A stretch of DNA of 64,000 bases, taken from Iphione sp. A-MEVVRFRX5. Taxonomy: Eukaryota. This document shows positions 1 through 13,096 of this stretch, in pieces. The position numbers and the translations under genes were made by a program. How positions within the stretch are numbered: position 1 is the first letter of the stretch; each line of letters begins with the position of its first letter. Below the pieces are notes generated by a model. The model did not search any database and was not told the origin of the DNA. It worked only from the letters and a program-made list of their open reading frames with translations. The DNA lies in NCBI GenBank assembly GCA_976226885.1, contig OZ320315.1, forward strand, positions 35,216,001 to 35,280,000, in the 5' to 3' direction.

Positions 1-511
1 TATGTGTGGGCGTATCTTTTCCACTGGGACGTCATGCGGAAGCCCTAAATGATGTGGGTTTTTCCCTCTTTAAATGAAATTAAACTGGACCTTTCAACAT
101 AGGACGAGATGTCTTGAGTAAAAACCAATGGAGAATCCCCTAGCCCCAGGTTCTGATATGCCCCGTAATGATCTGTGCTTCGATGACCAATATATAGCCT
201 GTCTTGCCGAGTGTGGCTCGGGCGCATCACAAATGGGAGGCGGTTATCAGCCTGTCAAAAAGCGAAATGAAAATCACACTCTGTCATTTAGCGTGCCATT
301 TTTTAGAGACAGCCGCCGCAGATTACGCATGGCAGCAAACCGCGGGCCTGACCCAGCGAGCGTATAGCGTAAAAGAAACTGGCGTGGTGATGAAGACACA
401 CATCCTACGACTTACAGTGTGGATATCACCCTGTCCCCCTTGGCAGCTGCAGCAGCGCGCCTGCGTGCCCAGGCAAGCCCACCGTCTCTCTAGTCCCAGC
501 ACTCGCTGTTG

Positions 512-609
512 AGATCAAAGGTTAGCGTCGCCGGTAGTGGCAGCAGGAACAATATTGAAATCGTCGACTGAACGGCTGGCTGGAGGCGGGGTCAGCCGGA
601 AGTGACGTC
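512..609. promoter_or_regulatory. Promoter-like motif cluster (TCF site, GC box, overlapping ETS-CRE) in a CpG-rich segment
   Basis: AGATCAAAGG at 512-521, GAGGCGGGGT at 583-592, CCGGAAGTGACGTC at 596-609. Motif match only, no transcript evidence. Confidence 0.45.
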
Positions 610-2894
610 GGTGGCTTTTGCTGTCGCAAACTTATTTGAGCTGCCGCCGTCATCATCACGCACACAGCCAGATGGCGCTCGTAGATCTAGCGTTTGGACC
701 AAAGGACCACGAGCAGGCTTCCGCTAACAGATCCGCGTTTTACTTCGGATACCGGCTTGAGCGGGAATCGTTTCAAACAGGAGCCCTTAGCGAAAAAAAA
801 ACACGGTGTTAATATCAGCGCCAAGGCAAGGAGGGGAAAAAATGTGTTTCCGGTCGTACGGGCGTTGCTGTTTGAAAGCTCCGAACGTACCGTTTTTTTT
901 TTTACTGTCACGTTTTTTTCTGACAGTGAAAGCTTTTTAACTATATCCAACAAAAAGTACGAATAAAGCTAAAATACCATCAGTAGTTTGTCTATACAAA
1001 CATGTAACTATATGAACAGCCCGCGTGGAAGCAAATATATACATGTAAATCAGAGTGAGATTAGATACTTGACTATAGTATTCTCCATTGCGGTGTGGAA
1101 ACCAGCCATGAAATACAAGCCCTTGTGAAATATGGTCAGCAAACGTGCGCATGAAGCAGCGTAAAGATATGAGAAACCTCAGAGGTCGCGCCGCCAGGGA
1201 CCGATTCGTGGGTTATTGCCACTTGCCGAGGCCAATAGGACGAGAGCGCCTTCTAAGCTTCTGCCGGGCCCCCTTACCTCCCCCCACAACATTCACCCCC
1301 TCATAACCATTTCTCTGTTTGACATTGGGTTACGTCGTCAAGATAGTTTACATCACTGAAGGTATCTCCATGTATAAAAAGGCATGTCATTCGCTTTCTT
1401 CTATTATTGTTTATGTGATTCTTTGCAAGTATTTAAGTGCTCATGGGACCTAACTCCAAGCTGGATGAATGTGGTAGACTTGACCTTTATCACACAGACT
1501 CGTAATTGCACTTTATTGCTTGTACTCCTTCGGCAGTTTCCCTTTTTGTGGTTCTGGAATGCATTGATCCGTGTGATAGGTATAGGCCTTTTCCTGCAGC
1601 CACTGATTTATGGTGAAGTCTTAACTGATGGTACGCAACTGGGGAGAACTTTGTCGTTTTTTTCCCCGTTGCGTTCAGCATGTTTAAGACAGACGAGGTA
1701 TTTAAAGTAATTGAGAACAGTTTACCGATTATTATATGGGCGGTTTACATTATTAGAGTTAATGTCTGTGATATATATTCAATACACAATTCTATTTGCC
1801 ATTGGGCATCTTGCTGTGCTGGCCGTCGACGCCTGTAATACTAGACTGTCTCTTCAGGCGGAACATCGGTGACAATCACCTTTGGTTATTGTTATTTAAC
1901 AGACCATCTGCAGAAGTGTCACCTCATCGTGCACTTAAAATGACTGAAGGGCAAAGTTTGCTGTCTGTCAACTGATGCTTGTCGGTCGATAATAATTTCT
2001 GCACACAGCCTATTGGTGGCGCTGTCCTAACTCTAAGTATAAGAATCACCATTAGTATCTATTTAAATATCAGACGTTGTCGCTGTGCAAGTAAAAGGGT
2101 TTCCAATACTCCTCGTCCAATGCATTAATAATATATGACAAGAACAGCACCGTTCCTGTGCCCGTCTTCCTTATCATAGATATTATTCATGCAGGACACC
2201 CATTTGCCATGTCTATCTATATGCTCTTCTCTGAAAAGATCGTTCTTTTTCGGTGTATCCTTAATACATGTACTATCCTACATGCCTTAGAATACAGAAC
2301 AGGGAGGTGAGACTAACAGTGTGCCGTTCTTTGGTAATGGGAGGTCTGCTGAGATCCCTTTTAAAAGGTCTGCCATAGAAATACATTCTTCTGAATATAA
2401 AGCATAGCAGCTGGCTCGTATTTCTTCGCAATCATTATCTTTCATGATTCACCTATAGTGTTGTTCTTTGCACGGTGTGCATTACATAGCTGGCTGTATC
2501 ATTACTGCACGAAAAGGCCCGCCTTATGTCAGGGTAATTCAACAAAAAAAAATAAAACAAAAACGACTGTAATGACGGCGCCTGCGTTTTTAGGTAACCA
2601 TTTCGACGATAGATACGGCTTGATTATATCTAATTACGCTGACAAATACTCGGCGGAAGGAATCCCACTACTTAGGTAGATCAGAATGGATGCCGCTATA
2701 GGACAAACATTGCGCAGCTCCACGAAATGAACTCCTACCGACCGATAGAAACAAAAAAAAAAAAAAGAAAGAAGGAAAAAGGAACCTCTCCCTCTCACTC
2801 ACACGATAAATGTAAACCCGATACAAGCGGCAGGTGACAACATCCATGGCGTAGACAAGAGAATGGTCGCCGGGAGCTCTAAATATCGGTTTAC

Positions 2895-3120
2895 CTGTCC
2901 TGCATCCACGACACAGGGCTCCCCAGCAGGGCTTGCTGGGGGAAGGATGCCGATCCGACCATGCACACCCGGCCTCCCCCCTCTTTGACAGGCTGTTCGC
3001 CGTGACAAAAAAAAAAGGCGCCATCTTCGAAACACGACCCGCCCGTAGGTAAAATGTCAAGCCCGTTCCATCTATTTGCGTCTCGTTGACATTACCGTCC
3101 CGTGTTACTTCCGCTTCCGC
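2895..3120 (-). promoter_or_regulatory. Housekeeping-type promoter and probable non-coding first exon, reading leftwards
   Basis: On the minus strand: tandem ETS GCGGAAGCGGAAGT (3120-3107), GGGCGGG (3044-3038), YY1 motif AAGATGGCGCC (3027-3017), then a candidate donor CAG|GTAAAC (exon end 2895). CpG-rich. Confidence 0.5.
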
Positions 3121-3266
3121 TCTCAGATATTTTCAACGGGGAAATCTTTCTCCTTTTTTTTCCTGTTTCATGCCTTCTTTATTCGTCCCATCTGACGCGG
3201 TTAATGCAAGGTCAACCTAAGGGCGTTTACAAACAATGCGGCAATAACCTGAGGACGTTGTGTTAG

Positions 3267-3332
3267 TTTTTTTTCCATTATCATTTCTTTTCGAATTTCG
3301 TTTTTTTTCCATTATCATTTCTTTTCGAATTT
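3267..3332. repeat. Tandem duplication, 34-bp period, 2 copies
   Basis: TTTTTTTTCCATTATCATTTCTTTTCGAATTT at 3267 and again at 3301. Confidence 0.9.
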
Positions 3333-4846
3333 TTTTTTTATATCATATCTTTTCCACCATTATCTCCTGTTTAGTTAAATCTAGAAGGAGTAACTATGAC
3401 ACTGTTATTGCAAATTTTCTTTCACATGTTTGAAAGAGTCATTGTCTCTTAACTGTTTTTACTTAACTATTTTGCCCACCATGTCATGCTAATTAAAGCA
3501 AACTCGACAGAGGCATTGCGTGACGTGTAATGTGCAAATTAATTTTTAATAGGAACTTATAAAACGTGTTAACACATTAGAATGGCTTCTGGTTCCACGC
3601 AAACTGTGGATGTGGCTGGTTGGATTTCAATGTAAGACTAATTATCGTGAGAAAACCAAAAACGAGTAGGGCCTATTGCATCACCATATTTCTGCAATAG
3701 ATTCCAGCGTACTGGGGCCTCAAATATTGCAGCTATCAGATAGATGTTCTCTGCAGGGAAAGCTAATATAAATCGAAGACATGAGTGCGAAAACTCGTGG
3801 GACTTCTGAAGCATATTGGTCAGCAAAATTCCTATGAGAGTGACTTGTGGAGTTCCCAAGGTTGAATATTGAAGAAAGGTCATAAGATGACTCATAATTT
3901 CCGAAAATGTCGAATGAAATGTATTATTTTATTCTATGCAAAAGGTGCCACTTGAATATTCGAAAAGTTGAGTTTTCATGATCGGTACACTGATTATGAT
4001 CTTCCATGATTAGGGTCTTCCATCATTCGTGTATTTAATGAACTCTGTATCGTATTCAAATATTGCGTCATCCACAGCCATGATTCCCAACGGGCACTCT
4101 AGGACAACCGCTTAATTTCATCTTTTGCATGTTAATTTAAAAAAAAAATAGCTTGTTGTATCCTGTAAAGCAACACTGCTGTATCCTATATGTCTACCAT
4201 TGCTCGAAATTTACCCCACATGTAGACAGCATAAGGGTAATAAGTCAACATTAACCACGAATACATTCGTATACATGTACATATATATGCATCTGCACAT
4301 GGATGGACAGGGTCACCATCAACAGGTGCCAGGCAATGGACCGTATTTGAGCGCCCCAATACCATCACAGAATTTCGTTATGAATAAAACGGGATAATTC
4401 GTGCTGGGTACTATATGTACAAAGTGTTCTATAAGCACGTGTCCGGAGCAACTCAAAGAGCAAAACGATGTACAGTCCGGTCGAGGGTCGTGGGGGTCGG
4501 TAGCAATGGTTGAAGGTAGCCGAGCTGCGCCCCCGTGTGTGCGCGTTGGAAAGGTCAAACGGCCAGCAAATCCCAAGGTCATGACAACGATGGAGATCCG
4601 AGCCGAGCCGATATCCGGCCCAGGCCACCCCCGCAGACAGCATGTAGGCCAGCCTTTCCGGCAGGCGATCCGCCCCTACTCGAAGGAACTACTCTCTCTC
4701 AGTTTACCTTCTGCCAACCTTAGCCCCCCCCCCCCCCACTTTCTCGCCTACCCGTTCTCATATTCTCTCATTTTTTTCCTTGTGTCTCACATGTCTCTCC
4801 CCGAGAGATATTTTTAATCTGAGGTCCGCATCTCCCTCTCTTTTTG

Positions 4847-4847
<1 letters not shown>

Positions 4848-4909
<62 letters not shown>
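4848..4909. repeat. (CT)31 microsatellite
   Basis: Uninterrupted CT run read directly. Confidence 0.97.
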
Positions 4910-4910
<1 letters not shown>

Positions 4911-6704
4911 ATGATAGCATGCGGTTTCGTTCAAATATTCTAATCTAATATGCTCGGACTGGTCGTCACTGATAAAAACGAATAAAGCCCACTACTCCAT
5001 GGAACGGGGGCATTTATATTTAATACATTTATGCAAATTCTGAATGAAGTGTTTACACGTGTAGCGGGGCTTTATGTTTTATTCATGACAATATTAGTAT
5101 ACCGAATAGTGGGTTTTATCGAGTACGTTTTCTGGGAACCTCGCGTATCTGGAGCCGGAGCACTCGTGTTCTCGTTACAACCGTTCATTAAGGAGGGGTG
5201 GTCCAATTGTGCGTGAACACCATGTTACTCATTAACGCGACGAGTTGCTCGTTCCTTCCGAGCTCAGAATGAGCATGTAGTAGGCTATGAAGGAGCCGAG
5301 CTAGGGTTTCCTCATCGTGAAAGTAGGTCGGATGAGTGGTGCGTTTGGCTGGTTGCCGTTTGGCGTACGAGGACGACACCGAATCGTCGTTATTAATGTC
5401 TGGAGAGACAGCGAGAAGCTACCATACTCCCACCCCGTCCATCCCTACCCACACCCCCTTCAAAAACAGGCCGGTAAAGGTTGGCGGGGACCATACGGCC
5501 TTGCGCCCATTGTGAGCGCTCAAGCCCGTTCAGTGCCCATATGAAGCAGAGGCGGGTCCTTTGAATGCCGCGGCCAACGATGCCGCCGCCGTCGAAGGAC
5601 TGTTAACATGTCAGTCCTCGGATGGCCAGGGCGTGATAGAAGCGAGCCCTGGTCGAGGTGGAGGGGAGGGGGGTAGAGGGGGGGGGGGGGTCGAGGCAGA
5701 AATCAGTTCGACCCGACCGCGTCGCCGCGCACTCTCTCTCTCTCTTTCTCTCTCTCACTGTCTGCCGTTCACGCGCCATTACATCGCATCTCGTTTGGGG
5801 TTCTATGAGGTGAATGGTAATCGTAGTCGGGAGAGGAGGGGGGGGGGGGGAGGTGGTCACACGGCGGTAGGCCGCCGATCGAATGTCCAGTCAGCCTTGT
5901 CTCTTTACATAGCGCTCTCATCAGTTAACCATTACGTGAGCCTCGTGAGGGGAATCGTCCATCACCAGCACCCTCTCCCCGGAAGTCGGAAGCGTTTAGA
6001 GCCACAGGGAATAATTTTCTGCCGAGCGCCAGTCCACAGCAAGAGAACTCAGGAAGTTACCCCCCCCCCCCTCTAACATAAATATCATTTGAGTAATGAG
6101 TGAATATATACAGCAGGGGAAGTATAACATCTATAGATTTCTCTGATCATGTTTGAATTACCTTGCAGTGAATGAGCTTAGCTATTTATAGCGCGGTTCA
6201 GGATCCGGCTACTAATAGATGAGGTCTAAGCTGGACTTTCTATTTCACAGCTAAGACCCACTCTATAGTACTTCAGTGAACAGGCTCACACACCACCTTC
6301 GATTCAATCTATTCACAGGGGTGATATTATCTGCTTAATCAGGTACTGGGTAGTCCTAGCGCCGCGAAGGCCTAAATAAATCTGATATGCCTCAAGCATA
6401 TTTTTTTGGCGTGGATATGTATGGTACATTCACTCTCGTTTATTTAAGAGCTATACCTGCTACAGGACGGATGACAAACAAAAGACCATAGAAGATGCTT
6501 TGGCGCTTATACATGTTCTTGTCGGTAAAGTGATATGTGTGCACTTTTAGTTGTTTTATTCACTCTTTTAATACCTACGCTGAAAAGAGTTTCTTGTATA
6601 ACAGTGTTGTTTAGGTAATTGATATTTATATGTGTGCATAGTTTACGTCCATTTTAACAATGTGTCACAAAGAATGATCATTGAATGAGGTTATTCAGAA
6701 TTAC

Positions 6705-7013
6705 CCTATATCCAGTCTGTTCAGAATGGCTACAGACTGAGGTAATTCATGAATTGCCCTAGACTGAGCTGGTTCATAATAGCCCTAGACTGAGGGGATC
6801 CACAAAAGCCCTAGACTAGGGGAATCCAGAATGGCCCTAAGCTTAGTTGGTTCAGAATAGCCCTAGACTGTGAGGATTTAGAATAGGCCCAGACTGAGCT
6901 GATTCAGAACAGCTTAAACTGAGGTGATTCGGAATGGCACTATACTGAGGTGATTCAGGATGGCTGTAGCCTGATTACTTCAGAACAGTTCCAGTCTGAG
7001 ATGATTTAAATAG
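6705..7013. repeat. Degenerate 26-bp minisatellite, about 12 copies
   Basis: Approximate consensus CCCTAGACTGAGGTGATTCAGAATAG. Units start at 6757, 6783, 6809, 6835, 6861, 6887, 6913, 6938, 6964 and 6989, with weaker copies upstream. Confidence 0.9.
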
Positions 7014-8534
7014 CTCATGGTACAGGTGGATAGTCTGAAATAATCTTTTTCCTTAGACATATCCAATTCCATTCAACCTATAATGTAATAATGGCTTTTT
7101 TTGCATGGAGGATACGCCGTTTTCAGCACATACGTCTCTAGTGCCATTTTAAATGACAGGGTTGCCCTTCCTGCACCTAGAGCTGTCGTCTTTTTAAGGG
7201 GGGGGGGGAAATCCTGGGAGCGTGCACTCTGTGATTTGTCGGAATGAGTATAGGGAACACCTTGGGCGCCATTCTCTGTCTTTGACTGACAATGGAAGAA
7301 GTCGGGATGAGGGGACTTTCAAAGGGCTTATCGACTTTATTCGCCAATGCTACGAGCGAGGGAGGAATGTGGCAGACATTTCGGTATAGAATTCGGGAGA
7401 AGTTGCGAGCTATGGCATTCAGAGTTCCTACTAAAACGCATTCCCATTCGACCATTTTCCTTCACCACGCTGGATTGTGCCATCAGCACGGCGCACCTCC
7501 TGTATGGTACATTTGCAGCGGTAAAGTACTCGCTTGTGAAGATTCCATCGCAGTTTCCCCGACGCAGGGCCCTACTATATATGTACATATGTATGTGTAT
7601 GCTCTGGAAGGGTGGAGAGGAGAATGGGTGGCGGGGTGGGTGGGTGGGGGGGCGGTAAGCTTTCAAAGTGTAGCCAGGGGCCCGCTCAACTGTAGAGGCA
7701 GATGCATGCATTTACCGCTTAGAAGGACTGTGGGGGGCCCCCCGGGGGTCGTGTTCCTGGCGTGCTCGTCACGTGACAAAATGACAGGGCAGGAGATGGA
7801 TGTGCCGGCTTTGGTGCGCATGTCAGATGGCTGGCCTGAAGGCGCCTGTCAGGTGCGGTGCTGCTGCTGCTGCAAGTTCTTTGTTCCCATTCGTCTCCTC
7901 GACAGTAACTAGTTCTGGTGCGCATCCCTTCACGGTTCGGCACGAGACGTTAAGGCAGACGCGGATGCTTGTTTCAGGCCACTGCCCCGACATGCTTCTT
8001 TGTCTCGTGCGACACTATGTACAACTAAGCATGGCATGTTCTGTGACTTGCGTCGCGGGGCTAATTTGCGGGTTCGTCCTCGTGTGCGCATGCGGGGGGG
8101 GGGGGGGCCAAACCGCACACGCACCCCCTCCCTACATGCGCCCGGCCCATTCTTCGCCGTGAAAGACGTTCCCACGTACTGACAACCACAGATAAAACCT
8201 CCACACCACCCCACCCCATCCCATCCCCACACTTGGCCGGTCACACGTAGAGATGTGGTTATACCGCTGAATGCTACCCAAAGAAAAGCAATGGGAGTAA
8301 AAAGAGTACACCTGCCGATACCGCCGCTTGACCCACATTTCTATATACTACTGCTTCTGACGGAAGCTATTGACAGCGTGTAACCAAGTGGAAGTTTCGC
8401 CCGCCGCCGGCATGGCGGACCCTACTCCACGCCTATCTTGCCATCCATCACCAGCTTATTCTCGCCTTGGCCACCGTCTGCTGCTCGTCCCCTTCATCCT
8501 GTACACATTTGCCGCTAGCTGCGCTTTTTTTTAT

Positions 8535-8566
8535 TGTGTGTGTGTGCGCGCGCGTGTGTGTGTGTG
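8535..8566. repeat. Alternating purine-pyrimidine tract (TG)6(CG)4(TG)6
   Basis: tgtgtgtgtgtgcgcgcgcgtgtgtgtgtgtg read directly. Confidence 0.9.
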
Positions 8567-9167
8567 GCTTTGTACTCGGCAGATTCCTGCCAACCTAACC
8601 GACAAGAAACTAAAACACTTCTAACAGCCACTGTCCGCTTTGATTGCTCATCCTGTAATGGTATCTGTCTGTCAGAAGCCAAATCATCTGAGAGGTTCGA
8701 TCTTTTTTGTTCAGACAGCGAAATTAACCTCCTCATGGTGCGGATGGTGTCATGGAAATTATGCAACATTGGCGTTTTTATCAACAACAAGCATGTTTTA
8801 AAAGTTGCCCAGCCATCTCCTTTTCCCAATCGATTTCTCTGCATACTACTTTGTATTCGATTGCTGCCTGGGTAAAAGGCTCACTTTCTCTCCCCCCCCT
8901 CCCCACTATGTTATTTTCTGTTATGTTTTAATTTGCTTAAATAACGCGTTGATTGTCGGCGAGTTGTCATCAGCATGCAGCCGACACACGTGGCAGAGCG
9001 AGTGCCACCTACAGAGGAACGCCATCTATCGGGGCTGCTACAAAATAACCGTGCCGGAGACGCAGCATTCTTTCATTACGTACAAAACTGACGTCATCTG
9101 CACTGATGACACCTAATCTGGTTTTGCGGCCTGTATTTGCCACCTCTCAACACATGCTGCTACCGGT

Positions 9168-9246
9168 GGAGGGAGGGAGGGAGGGAGGGAGGGAGGGAGG
9201 GAGGGAGGGAGGGAGGGAGGGAGGGAGGGAGGGAGGGAGGGAGGGA
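9168..9246. repeat. (GGAG)n tetranucleotide microsatellite, about 19 copies
   Basis: Perfect GGGA run. It explains the GREG/PPSL repeats in the ORFs at 9106-9407. Confidence 0.97.
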
Positions 9247-12200
9247 AGGGGGGGGAGGTCCGTGACTACATGTGCTAAGGGAACCCAAAGACAGAGCAGC
9301 AATTTACTGTTCTCAATCAAACAACACGAAAGGCATCTTCTACTGCCACCGCCAGACTTGCCCGAGGGCAGAATTTGATTTCTTATGCTAATATTTCCGC
9401 CAACCAATCAGTAACGGGTGGAAGGTCACAGGTCCAATATGTTCGCAATATTGGCATCTTTGCAGTCAACTCGGCCGTGGAATTTTCTATGCTCACTCCA
9501 CTCGCCACAGCCTCCGAGGACAGCATGTAAATTAGCTTACTCTTGTACTTTTTTTATATCGTTGGAATCGATACGTGCTAAATCCTAGCCCCTCGAGCAA
9601 TAACTGTTTTGTGGTGCAACAAATGAGAGTAAAACTAAGATGGAGATGAAATTGCTAGTCTTTTTCTTTGAGAGAAGAAATTTTAATACATTTATGTCAT
9701 GCAAAGCATGCCACGGACATTTAGGTGCTGCATCTATTTCCATTTCACCCAGATTCGATTGGATAACACTGGCCTCAGGTGCTCGTCTGGAGGTTTTATC
9801 TCGGGCGTTTAGTCACCTGGCGACGGTGCCTGCTGTGCAAGGGGAGGAGAAGAACCGTTTTAACTATGCCCAAACGTACGTTTTAAGTACCCAGGACATA
9901 CATGATAGAACGTGGCGGGGCCTGCCCCTACCAAATTATCTGCACAGAAATGGGGAGATCCCCCCCGCCCACCCTCCCCTACACTGAATGCAAGCACGCT
10001 GGGATCCAAACGCAAATGCCACCAACTACCCCTTTACCTTTCCCATTCACGCACTGTGGCCACACAAATCGGATCAAACTAACACTATTGCCGCGCCCTT
10101 CCCTCGCAACAACGAACACTTGTCCTGAGCCCCCCGAAAGCACCACGGCTGCCCACTGGAGGCGTTCACCGTGTTTGGGTATCACTTGTGCCCCTCTACT
10201 TAGTCGCTTATGTGATAGTTTGAGGGGTGAGGCGGTGATTGGTTTGGAGGGGATTCTACCAGGCAGGAGGGATCTAACCCTCCCCCCCCACCACAAAAAA
10301 AAACAGAAAATCGAAGCTCTAGTCTTGCGTGGGGGATTGCGGGAGGCGCATTCCAGACCGGTTCAAAGTGACCCCAATTGAGTCGATTATTAGTCCGCGA
10401 GCAACTCTACACGTGGGTCACGAAGGTGTTTGTAGAAATCCCGGCAGAGAAGAGAAAGAAGAAGTAGAAGAAGATAAAGAAGTGGGGTGTAGCACGAGCA
10501 GATAGGGACTGGCTTGACACAGGCGCCTCCTATTGACGTCACAGTCGCCGGCACACAGGGTGTGTGGATTCCGTAACGAGCTGTCGCTGCCTAATTGGGT
10601 TCAACTTCAAAGGTGCTCGTTCTTTGAGGCGCCACCGTACGAAACGGGGCGCCCGCTGAAGCTTGATTACAACAAACCTTCCTAAACCGTCTGCCTGGGT
10701 CGGCTGCGGGGGGCTCTCTATCCACCTGTGTGTGTATTACCTTCAGTCTCGTCAATCTTTCCCTCGTCCTTATACAATATTGTATTCCGCTTTTCTTCGT
10801 GTTAGTTTTGATTCTTTTATGTCCTCCGTAGGCCTCTCTTTAGAAATGATTTTCAGTCTTGTTTCTAGCCCCCCCGCCCTCCCCGCCACCTTTACCCTGC
10901 GCCTTGCCCTATTCTCATGTTCTGTCTTTGTACAAATAAATTGTGTCAATATGATTTGCTTAAAGCACGCCGTGTATATGAACAGTTTATATACAAGGGA
11001 AAGTAAACGCTGGTCCACCTCTAGTTTACATAATATGATTTGAAGGTTTTTGTGGAAATGTTGCTCGAAGGTGTACATAAGTACATGTGTACATAAGCGA
11101 GTACAGTTTACATGTACATAATGTACATATATATGCCGATGTTGCAGGGTGATTACCAGGATGCATATTTCTAATCGAGCCGTAGTAGCTGATGCAGTTT
11201 AGAATCGTCTAGAAACGGACAGGAAGATAAAACACCTGGCTCTATTAGCTATTCAAGTCACAAATTACTCCGTCCGTTTAAGTCCGATAGCTAAGGAGGT
11301 GGGGGGAGTTGTATGTGTGTGTCTGGGGGGGGGGCTTCATGAAGAATATTCGATCATTCTTCATCCGTCAGCATAAAAAAGGATCGTAATAGGGTTTCAA
11401 CACATCATTCTTAATATGTACATCTACAGATGCGATTATCATGACCGAGGGAGGGTGGGTGGGGGGTGAAGAGAGAGGAGGTGGGAGGTGGGAGGTTGGG
11501 GGGCGGGGGGGGGTGGCTGCTGCCAGTGCTAGTGACGCCTACGCTGGCATCATCCCCCCTAGCGTGGTGTGAACATCACTTACGAGGAAGGGTGTCAGTC
11601 TTATTGACCGCTGATTCGGCCTGACATGACTCCGGTGGGGATCGCGCATTGTGCTGAGCAAGACGCCGCGTAAAGTGATCGAGACACAGAGGGAGGCTTA
11701 TGGAAGCGAGCGAGCGAGTGACTCGTACCCTGCTGAGTAGCTCAGCGCTACACGCGAGTTCATCGAGCGGATGATACCATCAGGGTCGTGGCGCATCGCT
11801 GGCCCTCCGTGGTCGGGGACGACCTTGTTTAACACGTCTTTACCTGGAATCCACCCTCGTCATCTATCACCCCTACCGCCACCTAGACTAATAAGATTCC
11901 CTCGAAGAATCTCTACAGCACATCAGGCAGATTTACTAACTCGTCCTCCATGATGTAAATTATATATAATTCGACTGTTATATGCGATTGTATAACTTAA
12001 TATTCCCTTGCCGTGTTCCGTTATGCGATTGCCTCACTGTGCCTTGTCATCAGGTAAGCTACGATTCATATCGAAATGACCACCCCCCCCCCAAAAAAAA
12101 ATATGGCCGGCTGTTCTCGGCCCATGGGGCGAACAGAGCCGCCCCCTTTGATGTCATTTTCTGACTGGGTCTGATGATAGCGTGAGCGACTGACGACGTC

Positions 12201-13096
12201 GGATTGAGCGTCACATTGAGATAAATAGTCTTAACACGCACGTGGAACAGGTAGCAAAGCTTGTTATTTCCACAGTTATTCATGTTAGACCGGATTCAAG
12301 CAGGATGCATGCGATCTATGTACAATTACTAAAGACACTGGAACAAACTATGTTTTTTTCTTAATTTTTTTTCGGTATAACTGTCTTCATTTTTTCATGC
12401 TATTTCTCTTATAATTTTAAACAGATACGTTTGATCAGAGATGGGGAGGATGGAGCATAGGGCGGCGTCTAATCAAAGTTTTAACGAGAAAATCCACTAT
12501 CATCTAGGTGCCACCAAACAAGATGATGTGCATGCCTGCCTTTCTATGCTGTATATTTTACACAAAATAAAGTGTGGAGGAGGTAAAGGCCCGAAGGCTA
12601 AAAAAATAATGATGTATAACGGCAGTTGCCTTCCTATGTGCATGTTTTAACCTTTTGTATATAATGAACAGGGAGTAAGATCAATACTTCCTGGTTGATT
12701 TGGCGCTTTCTTTCAGGTATCAGCACAAAGTCTTTTTTTTCTAGCTGACGGGAGATAAACGTCAATATAGGAGACCACCTTTCTTTCTAAAGGAATCATA
12801 GTAATGAAAGTGTAGTGCAGAAAACACTAGGCAAAGGCAAAACAGGCAGTTTTTGCCTCATGTTAACCAATTCGCTTATAAAACCCTGCACTTCACTGAC
12901 ACGTAATGTCGCCTTAAGTTTCTGTTTTTAATTTTCCTTTTCATTCCTTTTATTTGGAGGTCGATTCAGCCGGAGATATTAAGCGAAAGGCGAACCAAAC
13001 AAAAAGCAGTGTGTTTTCAGGAAGGAAAATTTTGGAAAGCGGTCTCATGATCGAAATGTCAATGGGTTGACTTGGAGAGCAATCAGGAACGCTTAC

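Noticed and set aside
7292-7912. Longest ORF in the track (206 aa) and other ORFs over 130 aa (2668, 4401, 5561, 9902, 16162, 19940, 24256, 45430, 60968)
   Set aside because: They run through G-runs and microsatellites, have low-complexity or implausible composition, and show no recognisable domains.
10139-10148. AGCACCACGG, part of an RE1/NRSE site
   Set aside because: The left flank and the right half (ACAGC) do not match the consensus.
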